Part shown: piece by piece, positions 24,301 to 34,041 of the stretch
How the letters are laid out: every line of letters starts with the position of its first letter
Position numbering within the stretch: the first letter of the stretch is position 1
NCBI GenBank assembly: GCA_000934665.2
Contig: JYFJ02004280.1
Coordinates: forward strand, 1 to 34,041
Reading direction: 5' to 3'
Length of the DNA: 34,041 nt
Origin: Catajapyx aquilonaris
Taxonomy: Eukaryota
Program-made: the position numbers and the translations under genes
Notes under the pieces: model-generated
What the model was told of the DNA's origin: nothing
The model's input: the letters and a program-made list of their open reading frames with translations, nothing else
The model's database searches: none

Positions 24301-26500
24301 TTCGATCGCTATTTACTTCGATTCGTCATTAAACATTACATTGAATATTGACACTGAATGATCATTACCTGTTCATTCATTCAACCCAGCCTTATGACAG
24401 TAATACTGATTAACTTGAAATTAGCTAACTGGCGTCACTGTAATCATTGTTGGAACACCCTGTATTTTTTTAAGGAATTGGAGTGCGATGTGAATTATGT
24501 CGTAAAGTGACCCGAGGGAAGAGTAGGAGAGCCTCGAAAAAAAAATATTTTTTTGAAGGGTTGGAGTTAGAGCAATTAAAAGTTGGTGAGAACAATGGAT
24601 GGCGAAAAAAAAAGTTCAGATATTCAGGGGTAGTTAGCTGCGTTTTTCTGGACTGAGGACAAAAGAACTGGTCTTGCACACACACACCCACGACTGGAAG
24701 GCAGCCAGTGTAATTGAAGGGGGAGCTTTTTTTAACTCACTAAATGTGGCTGCCGAATTATTTTTTTCACAAGATCCCTTTTTGTGTAAGTCCAGTCCAT
24801 TATGGTCTATGAAAGCATGAAAGTCTATCAAAAAAAATCCGCACTTTCCATCACTATATGACTTGTAACAATTCTTAATGACACCACTGTAATTGCCACT
24901 TGGTAGTAAACAACAAAAAATGACGCCATTATAAATATTTTAGAAGCCAGAAATTGCGATGAAAGTAATAAAATATGTAAATGCCATGAAAATTAACTAA
25001 ATAATAAAATAATTGTTGGGTATGATTGTTGTTGATTACCATGGAAGGTTGGTGCAGGTAAATGGACAATGCGTGTACGTAGATACAACAGGAGTGGCAA
25101 TCGGCAAGGTCAAATGTAATCCAACCAATAACTTGTAAGAAAATCAACAATGGGCAATAACAATTGGACACAAAAATAATGCACTAAGTATCGAAACACA
25201 TGCCACTAATCACGGAGAAATAAACAACGTTAGCTAATGTGAATCAAAAGGGGTTGATACTCACAAAATCCAGTTTGACTCCAACGGAACAGCAACAATC
25301 ACGTAGAACCCAGTCACTCAGTAGGAATGAATCTTCTTGTAATTAGTTGAAACGCTAATTAGAGTATCCAAACAAAACGTATGGTTACGACTCAAAAAAT
25401 GAAGTTACGTACCGGTATCCAAAAAGAGCTGCGTATACTGTAGAGATACGTGCGAGGTGAATGGCTTCCCTTCACATAGTATATTTCAAGGATGCGCAAC
25501 TGATAAAAACGCTGGTGCGTCGAATATGACCATATGACTGTAAAATGGTTACTAAATCAATGACATGGAAGGCAATGTAATCAACTTAAAATATTTTTAA
25601 CAAATTAATGATAACAGAAGGTCCAAACACAAACCGAATTACAATTATTTACATAACGTTGACTCCATGCACATACGTTATATTGCAAAAAAATCGGACA
25701 TTTTTTTTGGCGAGCTATATTGGCAATTTGGTCCAGCTTATTGAGTATATAAATGGAAGCTGAGAGGTTATTGGAAGCTTCTGTCTCTCTGGCGTCTTCT
25801 GGAGAAATTGACTTCAGACCTGATTGACTGGACAAAGCCCAACAATATATCGAGGAAAGGCGGGAAAAAAACTCAATTTCCAGTTATGAGAATAGTCGCC
25901 ATTGCTTAGTTTTTTCTGCTAAAAGTTCCCAGCTTGTTTACTGAAATCCACATTCACAAGCTGACTGCACAAGTTTAATGTAAAAATAATGTGTGAATGG
26001 CCCATAGGGTGATCAATATGGGGTTGGCCACACTCTCGAATTATGGGTTTTTTTACAGGGTGGTTTTTTTTAAAGCGATAAATGACTCGCTCTTAATTGG
26101 CTGTATTTGTACTAGCGGAATAGTGTTTACGAAGCAATGAAGATCAGGAAGGCATTTTAGAGCAAGTCACCCCCGTGAATGATTTGCATAACGAGCTTCA
26201 GTGTTTGTTGCGACTAAAGTGATGTATTTACATCCTAAGTGAATTCTACATGGGACAGTAAGTTTGTTCCGGACACTGAGTTAGCGTCCCATACATCAGT
26301 CCCTTTTGTTTTAGTCCGCTGCATTTGTGTCAAACCAACTTTCGCCATTTAACATTTTCAGCATCACTATAACAATACAGGCTGTTAAGCACAGCAAGAT
26401 TTATTGCATTAGTATCAATTGTAGTGCTCACATTTGTTTAAAATACTAAATCGTTTGTTTGAGGTACAATCTGGGTCTCACAAAGTGTGAAACTCTGTGT

Positions 26501-26801
26501 CCCGGTCTCGCATAGGGGCTGAGGACCAAGGTTGGTGTTTTGACTGTAGCTCTGGGGACATTCTCCAAATTGTGGGGACATTTCGAGTCCCCACAGCATA
26601 TACGCCTGGTGGGGTACTGCTTCAGTGGGGACATGTCCCCACAATTCCGTTATGTAGGGTTTGCAAAAGTCCATTTTTCTCAGCCTAGGTTAGGTAGGTT
26701 AGGTTAGGTTAGGTTAGGTTAGGTTAGGTTAGGTTAGATTGGTTTACACTCGTTTCGAAAATGTCTGTTGTCCTTGCCCCCACAGCCTATGGCGCGCAAG
26801 A
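26501..26801. mobile_element. probable non-autonomous element containing an interstitial (TTAGG)n tract
   Basis: Interrupts one copy of a short tandem duplication and is flanked by GTGT on both sides. Imperfect subterminal inverted repeats (catagg...caagg / ccttg...cctatg), internal gtggggac/gtccccac motifs, and a TTAGG run at 26686-26744. Confidence 0.55.
26686..26744 (+). repeat. interstitial arthropod telomeric-type repeat (TTAGG)n
   Basis: Seven perfect TTAGG units at 26699-26733 with degenerate flanks. Confidence 0.9.
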
Positions 26802-27537
26802 GTGTGTGAACTTGAGTTAAAACATTTTTGATTGAAAAATTTAAATCGTTTGTTTGAGGTACAATATGCGTCTCACAGAGTGTGAAGCTGTCTGTGAACC
26901 TGAGTTAACAAAAAGTGAAGTGGCGGCAATAATTAAACATCCAGCGTCAACTACCTTTTTCCGATAATGATCATTACTAGCAGATTAGCCCAGGCTTTGT
27001 GCCTGCTCATTGTTGCGCGAAACTTGCTTCGCCATGTCTCTCACACCCCCACCTTTTTGTTGAAACATTTCTACCCNNCCCCCCCCCCCCCCCCCTTATA
27101 ACATTGCAGGTGGGACACAAAGTTTCGGGGCAAACGCAATTAGGATCACGGGTAGGGTCCCGGGCAAGGTAGATTGTTAGGCTCCCAGGCATCTGTTGTG
27201 CCAAAATGCTGTTTTAATATGATTCAAGCAGGAAAGGCTGGAGCACTTGAAAGCGCTACTTCCGCCTTGTGGTCACCGGACCGTTCAAAAAGTGGTGTAG
27301 AAAGGGGTCAGGTCCACTAATATTGTTTGAAAATTTTTCTGACCCCGAGTTCAGAACTGTTGGGACACGGTTGGAAGCGAGGTCAGAGGGTAACATAGGT
27401 CACAGAGTCGTGAACTAGCACAATGCAATCAGGCAGCCGGATAAGCTCGTAAGCCCCAGATATTCGTGTCAGACCGCTAATGGGATTGACTTATGTGCTA
27501 ATTGCATTGTAATTAGAGTTTGCATTGTGCATGATAG

Positions 27538-28230
27538 AACCAATCAGCATAACTCGTGAGAAAACCAATCACCTTTCTCGATATTGAAGCTGGAGTCAAT
27601 CATCTCGCTCGTGATGGAAGAACCAATCACGTTACGCCACGTCACTGGCTGTTGACGAGGTTATTGGTTCTACCGTCACGAGCGACGTGATTGGTTGCCG
27701 CGTCAACAGCCAGTGACGTGGAGCAACGTGATTGGTTACTGGGGGTTGAAGCGGCAACCAATCAGATCGCTCGTGATGAAAGAACCCACCACGTTAAGCC
27801 ACGTCACTGGCTGTTAAAGTGAGAGCCAATAACATCTCTCGTAAGTGAAGAACCAATCACGTTACTCCACGTCACTGGCTGTTGACGCGGCAACCAATCA
27901 CGTCGCTCGTGACGTGGCGTAACGTGATTGAATCTACCGTCACGAGCGACGTGATTGGTTGCCGCGTCAACAGCTAGTGACGTGGAGTAACATGATTGGT
28001 TACTGGGGGTTGAAGCGGCAACCAATCAAATCGTTCGTGATGAAAGAACCAACCACGTTACGCCACGTCACTGGCTTCTGACGCGGCAACCAATCAGATC
28101 GTTCATGATGAAAGAACCAACCACGTTAAGCCACGTCACTGGGTTTTGAAGTGGGAGCCAATCACATCGCTCGTAAGTGAAGAACCAATCCGATTACGGA
28201 ACGTCACGCATGGCAGAACCAATCACAGGA
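27538..28230. repeat. CCAAT/CCACGTCA-rich direct and inverted repeat cluster
   Basis: Repeated aaccaatca, ccacgtcactgg and cgctcgt modules in both orientations; ~140-bp direct duplication (from ~27670 and ~27934); 64-bp inverted arms 27851-27914 / 27938-28001. Confidence 0.92.
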
Positions 28231-29003
28231 CTTGGCAGTTGTCGCTCGTAGCGTGGGCTGAGACTCGCTGCCGAAAAAGCGTGGCGAGTGTTTCAAGTAT
28301 TAAATGTTATAATTGCGCATCTCCTTAATTGCACTAACGTAACTAGTTGATTAACCCAACCCTGTTTTAACTACACACAGCCTTAATCCCTATCGCAGAT
28401 TGGTATATATCCCGGTCCACGTCAGTCAGGCTCACCAGATGGCAGGTAATTCTGTAGGCCTGGGACTGGCACGTGGATTTTTATTAATAACACCTGCCAT
28501 TTAAACCAGACGCCAAACACACGCAAATGAGACTTTGCCTGTGGTTATACAATCCCATGCTTTAAACACTTAATTAACTCGCACGTCAAGCCCACCGAAC
28601 TTATTACGACAATCCTCTAAGCCTCAATTTGCTTGGGTTGACGTCTCCCAAAATCCTCTCTCAAAATGCGAAGTCACCCCCTTCTAACAATGCGACACAA
28701 CAATGGCAGCCACAATACTTCCTGGAATTAATATTTTTGGTTAAATTTGGATTTAAAAAAAAAAAATCCTGATTCTGATTATGATCTTGAACATCAGCCA
28801 ATATAGGATCTTCTGAAGTTCCTTCTGCTCTCTTATGCATTCAGCTCACAAGTCAGTCGAAGGCAAAAAAAGTATGAAGGAAAATATTCTTGAAGCAGTA
28901 TCTCGGTATTCTCATAGGTCCAATACATGAATATTCCAGCCGATACCTTCCAAATCCGACGCTGGGTTGTGTAAACGTGGCCTTTTTTGTGATCATCTTT
29001 CAG

Positions 29004-29184
29004 TGCTGATGGAGAGTATGTGGTGACCACGATGACCAAGGCGGTGCTACACTTCACTGGAAAGGTGCTGTGGACACCACCCGCCATCTTCAAGTCATCA
29101 TGTGAGATTGACGTCGAGTACTTTCCATTCGATCAGCAAACGTGCTTTATGAAGTTTGGTTCCTGGACCTACGACGGATATCAG
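29004..29184 (+). CDS. nAChRalpha2: nAChR alpha2-like subunit, internal 181-nt exon ([60 protein letters not shown]; loop E, Cys-loop, loop B)
   Basis: tttcag acceptor ending 29003; donor gtaatt at 29185. Read by hand because the ORF track shows only its antisense frame. Contains the C-x13-C Cys-loop ([15 protein letters not shown]) and FGSWTYDG. Phase is compatible with both neighbours. Confidence 0.97.
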
Positions 29185-29224
29185 GTAATTAATTAATTAA
29201 TATAATTATTATTTATTAATTCGT

Positions 29225-29850
29225 TAAATTACTGCTGTACTGCATTAAACTATTTATTTGTTAAATTACAGTACTGTATTAAACTATTTATTTGTTAAAT
29301 TACAGTACTGTATTAAACTATTTATTTGTTAAATTACAGTACTGTATTAAACTATTTATTTGTTAAATTACAGTACTGTATTAAACTATTTATTTGTTAA
29401 ATTACAGTACTGTATTAAACGATTTATTTGTTAAATTACAGTACTGTATTAAACTATTTATTTGTTAAAGTATTAATTATTTATTTGTGAAAGTATTAAT
29501 TATTTAATTATTTATTTGTGAAAGTATTAATTATTTAATTATTTATTTGTTGAAGTATTAATTACCGGGGTTTAATTATTTATTTGTTAAAGTATTAATT
29601 ACCGGGGTTTAATTATTTATTTGTTAAAGTATTAATTACCGGGATTTAATTATTTATTTGTTAAAGTATTAATTACCGGTATTTAATAAGTTATATATTA
29701 AATTATTAAATTATTTACATGTCAAATTATTAAAATATTTACATGTCAAATTATTAAATTATTTACATGTTAAATTATTAAATTATTAACATGTTAAATT
29801 ATTAAATTATTAGCATGTTAAATTATTAAATTATTAATCATCTATTAAAC
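29225..29850. repeat. AT-rich minisatellite series (34-bp, ~37-bp and 24-bp units)
   Basis: tattaaactatttatttgttaaattacagtactg about x7, then aaagtattaattaccggggtttaattatttatttgtt about x4, then aaattattaaattatttacatgt about x5. Confidence 0.92.
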
Positions 29851-31386
29851 TATTGTTTATGTAACTATTAATCTGTTTCATTTCTTTACTATTTGTTTAT
29901 TTTTTATTTATTTATTTATTTATTGTTTGTTTGTCTGTCCGTCTGTGTATTTGTTTATTAAGAAGTGTTCTAGGCAATAATTATCAGGTATTGCCAACCC
30001 TGACTGTGACGTCACACGACATAGGACCGACGTGGCACAAACATTGGCGCGCTTTTTGAATTGTGGTCACTTCCGAATTTTCGCAAGTATTTAATCACCA
30101 TGCTAAAAATTTCGGGCCAAAAAAAACTGGACAAAATTTTTGGCATGCTTCAAATGCCTAGCTCTATTTATACCTAGAGCTATGTACACCACAGGATTCC
30201 GATTTCACCTAGGGCAGCGGACGCACCGAAGGGGGGGTTTGCTTGGCTCCGGTCTGTGGTCAAACTGATGAAATTTTCCGGGGTATTACCCCCCACGGGT
30301 TTTGGGCTAAAGTGAAGCATGGCTCTTGGATATTAAGCCTGCGGCTGACTTTGGCATTGCAAACATTTTTCCAACCAAAAAAAATTGAGCTTTGTTTTAC
30401 TTGACCCTGCAGGGGGCTTAAGACCCAATCACAGCTGGCTGGTTATAGTAACGACAGTAAAAACTAACCCTTGACTTTTGAAGCACAAACTAACCCTTGT
30501 TTATCTGGCGCATCTGCCGACAAGTCTTTTAAGACCTGTAATTTTTATTGGACCCTTTAGCCAGAATAGGGGGGTGTTTCAGGGGCTAATGCTTTTACCT
30601 CATTACGGCTCCTACTGTTTACCAAGCAGCCCGTTAATGTTACTGTGGCGCCTCTCTCGTGGGCTGCTTGGAAATAATTTGCAGTAATGTATCTCCTCAT
30701 GTGTAGCTCTTGGGCTGGAAGTGGGGAATTAGGAAGAAATTTAGATTGCCATTCATTTGTAGTCAAGGGGCCGTGTATAAGCCCCTGGAGGCCGAATGTT
30801 AATAACGAACCCGGTTTTAAGTGACAATTTGGTGAATCTGGAAGCCGGAAAATGTAACATTTAGGGGCTCGTATGCAGATTAAATGAGAGTAGAAATTTT
30901 GATATAAGATCTACACATTACCATAGAGCAACTTCATTTTGTCCTTCTTCCAACCCTATCTACCCCCAACTTGACCCCCGGAGTGAGGGACTTGGGAACT
31001 CTCTACTTTTCATTACCATTTCTCATGTACAGACCACTGGCGGTTAACATATTTTCTAGTAACTCCTACATACGTGCATAGTCCTGCAAAGTACGGTTTT
31101 TTCTATTGTTGTCGAGGGAATTTTCTGGTGAAAATTTTAGCCTGGTGACTGGGTCTAGACGGAAAACATATTGGCTGCAATCCGAACACTTCCCTTGGGG
31201 CGATGTCCCATTGGGGACCTGTTCAAACTGGGCTGAGGATTCCGTCAATGGATTCCGTCTCTCCGTCGGATCTTATGAGGATCTGATGATTGAACCTGGT
31301 CAAAAAAAAAACTTTTCCACGGATTTTTTTTTCGTATTTTTATATTGAAACTCGCAGGAGACCCGTTCTTCGCACGGTGATTGATA

Positions 31387-31448
31387 AATAAAAGAAATAT
31401 ATGCCACAATGACCACAAATAAAAGAAATATATGCCACAATGACCACA
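31387..31448. repeat. 31-bp perfect tandem duplication
   Basis: aaataaaagaaatatatgccacaatgaccac occurs twice in tandem. Confidence 0.9.
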
Positions 31449-31489
31449 TATGAAACACCAAACATCTATAATATTAAAATCCTTGCGGG

Positions 31490-31685
31490 AGTTGGCCGAG
31501 CCCTCTGATTGGTCCGTCGCATATTGTTACCGCCACCTCCCCATTGGCCCGCGTTCTACTCATGCGCAATGGGGTTGTAAACAACTCCTGTTGGGTTGCC
31601 GGGGAAACTGTCCATTCCCCGGCGTATGGTGCGCCGAATAGGTACCCCAGGCCGTAGGCCTAGAAAAGAGCGAGCGTTTTCCTAG
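31490..31685 (+). mobile_element. possible Helitron-like 3' end
   Basis: GC-rich hairpins (gccggggaa...ttccccggc; aggccgtaggcct) followed by CTAG|T at 31682-31686. No 5' end identified. Confidence 0.35.
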
Positions 31686-33310
31686 TCATACAAAACCAAA
31701 AACCCTAAATTTTGGGTATGTACTATGCAGACTCAAAAAATTGCAGTTTTCGGACTTTTCCCGGAATCAGCAACACGTAAGACGTCAATGTGCCAAGTTT
31801 CAGCACTCTCAGGACTCTGAAAGTAGGTTTGGTAGCCGTGACATACCAACGAACTTTCCGCATTATTTTTCTAACACTTATGCCAAATCACTTTTTTTGC
31901 AATCCAAAAAATTTTGTGCAATTTATTATATTTTTCATGCATATCCGCATTTTTTTATAGTACCTGACACTCCATATTGACAGAGCGCCGCGCCGGTCTT
32001 TCTTAAATTGCGCTCTCAAAAAGTTAAACCCGATTTTAAAACCCTTCATTAAGCGCGATATACATGCAAAGTGAAGTGTGGGTACGTGCAGGATATGGCA
32101 TTCATTACTGGGTGTGGTGGGTCCAATTACGTTCCCTTTTTTTATCGGCAAAGTGTGGTTGAGAGCCCTTGAAAGCGGCTGAAATGCATTCTGGTATAGT
32201 CCAAGAGGTCAATCGCCTCATAATTTTTTTTTTGCGAATTTTTGAGAATGAACTTAACCTATCGTCAGTCCGATTAAAGTCTGGACATACTGGTTTAAAA
32301 TATTTTTTTAAAAAATTAAGAAAATAAAATAAGCCACGTTGCATGGCACTATTTAAAAGCGCTATGGAAAAGAGCGCTCCATTTCTGCGGTGTAAAGTGT
32401 GATAACTTGTTGTCAAAATTTAAATCGTGTTGAGATGCCTCTCTCCGTTACATGCGTGTCTGCTGCCTTGTAACTCCCTACCGAAAGCGGCCCATATCAA
32501 TACGTTTTTGAAAGGAAGCGCTGCAACAGTTCCATGTAACGTGACTCAAAGAGCTTGTTTACATGCCACTAATTTAAATCTCTATCAACAAACGCGATGT
32601 AGTATAAACCGCTTCATTTTTGCCACCTAGACGTGTCTAAACCGACGTATGCTTAAATCGCTTCCAGGTTTCAACCGAATCGTCCAACTCATGCCATATC
32701 TCTTTTGAAAGCACCATATTAGTCATATACATTATCTCACGGCTGGGTTTTATCGATTCGCTTTCAAACCTGGTTCCATGGAAACAGCGAAACAAGCACT
32801 GCAATCTAGGACTATAGACAGTCCATAGGAAGCACCTCAGGAGCCCGTATTTCCTATCCTCTATCGCAAGCCTCGCAGGAAGACCCTTGCAATATTTAAA
32901 TGTAACGGCTACCATCCGACTATTGGTCCACATTCTCAACCTCTGTAATATCCGACAACTGCGCAACTAGAAAATAAACCATAAAAACAAGTCCATGCCC
33001 CGAAGCTCCAACCAGACATTCCTATTTTGGCCCAACAGAGCAATATTAGACTCCAGCTCTACCAACATAAAATTTTCCATGGCGACATTACCCTATCTAT
33101 TTGGTCTAAATAGGTGGGGGGCGCCTCACGACCTGTAATGGGTGCAGCTGCGATAATAACCGCGACCCAACCCTAAGTTCATTCCACGTTTCAAGTGCTC
33201 GAAATGAGTAATAATACTAGCACCACATGATAGCCTAATGTTGGCAGGGCATTAAATTTTCTGGAGGTAGTGTTGGTATTAAGCATTGTTCTTTTTTTCC
33301 CCCCCTTCAG

Positions 33311-33467
33311 ATCGACCTGAAGCATATAAATCAGAAGCAGGGAGAGGACATGGTGCAGATAGGGATAGACCTCAGGGAGTATTACCCGAGTGTGGAATGG
33401 GACATTCTCAAAGTACCGGCTGAGAGACATGAGAAGTTCTACCCATGCTGTATGGAGCCATACCCAG
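33311..33467 (+). CDS. nAChRalpha2: nAChR alpha2-like subunit, internal 157-nt exon (IDLKHINQKQGEDMVQIGIDLREYYPSVEWDILKVPAERHEKFYPCCMEPYP; loops F and C)
   Basis: Polypyrimidine tract plus ttcag acceptor ending 33310; donor gtcagt at 33468. The vicinal cysteines in YPCC define an alpha subunit, and GIDLREYYPSVEWDIL..PAERHEK is characteristic of alpha2. Confidence 0.96.
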
Positions 33468-33611
33468 GTCAGTATTTCAAACCCTGTAATCATTCAAAAA
33501 AAATCGCTGAAGAAAAAGAAGAATGTCTTTTATCAGATTCCTCAGATGTCAAATATCCGGAAGATTCTCCGAACTGGAATACTATATATGCTTGAACATT
33601 CTTCGTAGAGA

Positions 33612-33873
33612 AGAATTCTCTGTACAACGTCAAAGATTTTTCAAATATGGAAAATTCTTTGTACAACGTCAGAGAATTCTTTTCTATGGGGAATTCTCTG
33701 TACTACGTCAGATAATTATTTTTTAGGCGAATTATCTGTACAACGTCAGAGAACTCTTTTCTATAGCGAATTCTGTGTACAACGTCAGAGAATTCTTTTC
33801 TATGGCGAATTCCCTATACAGCGTCATATACTATGTATAATTCTTTCTATGGAGAATTCTCTGTACAACGTCA
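33612..33873. repeat. ~39-bp minisatellite, about 7 units
   Basis: Recurrent gaattctctgtacaacgtcagagaattcttttctatgg. Confidence 0.88.
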
Positions 33874-34041
33874 TGCTTGACTGACGCTATAGCTAACAGT
33901 TTCGATCGCAAAATGCGAGGTCGTATAATTTGATAAGAAGCAATGGGGGGTAGTCAATAAATCGCAAAGTTGCGATCTTTGGACTCTCTAAAATGGAAAT
34001 CCGGTAGATCATTCCCCTTGAAATAGGTGGGGGGAATGGAA

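Noticed and set aside
24450..26065. Mariner-like termini ggaacaccctg|ta (ending 24462) and ta|cagggtgg (~26055)
   Set aside because: They face away from each other and no partner ends were found, so no element can be delimited.
26686..26744. True chromosome end
   Set aside because: Short interstitial tract inside an intron with gene exons on both sides.
14586..27078. N bases at 14586, 20926 and 27077-27078
   Set aside because: All lie in C homopolymer runs; sequencing ambiguity rather than biology.
28833..29093. 86-aa minus-strand ORF
   Set aside because: Antisense shadow of the nAChR Cys-loop exon.
7765..30005. Scattered tggcaac/gttgcca hAT-like terminal motifs (~7767, 11153, 13371, 20841) and gccaaccctg at ~29993
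   Set aside because: Too short, with no convincing pairing or target-site duplication.
33191..33726. Overlapping ORFs of 67-100 aa, including read-through of 33350-33595 past the donor
   Set aside because: Antisense or alternative frames of the exon and intronic minisatellite; homology stops at the GT at 33468.

Overview
Eukaryotic genomic DNA, very likely arthropod, that is almost entirely intronic. Four internal + strand exons (21184-21228, 23098-23207, 29004-29184, 33311-33467) have canonical AG/GT boundaries. They splice in frame into the extracellular ligand-binding domain of a nicotinic acetylcholine receptor alpha2-type subunit (Cys-loop plus loop C YPCC). The N-terminal and transmembrane exons were not found in the window. 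The introns are filled with minisatellites, a Tc1/mariner-type MITE, other probable non-autonomous element remnants, an interstitial TTAGG tract and many perfect palindromes. Three features stand out. First, two ~82-bp satellite arrays in opposite orientation bracket the first two exons. Second, a palindromic repeat cluster at 27.55-28.25 kb carries exact ERSE (CCAAT-N9-CCACG) and UPRE (TGACGTGG) motifs and a 64-bp hairpin. Third, several different ~30-bp minisatellites share a TATCGAT(A) (DRE-like) core. Almost all short ORFs in the supplied track appear spurious.
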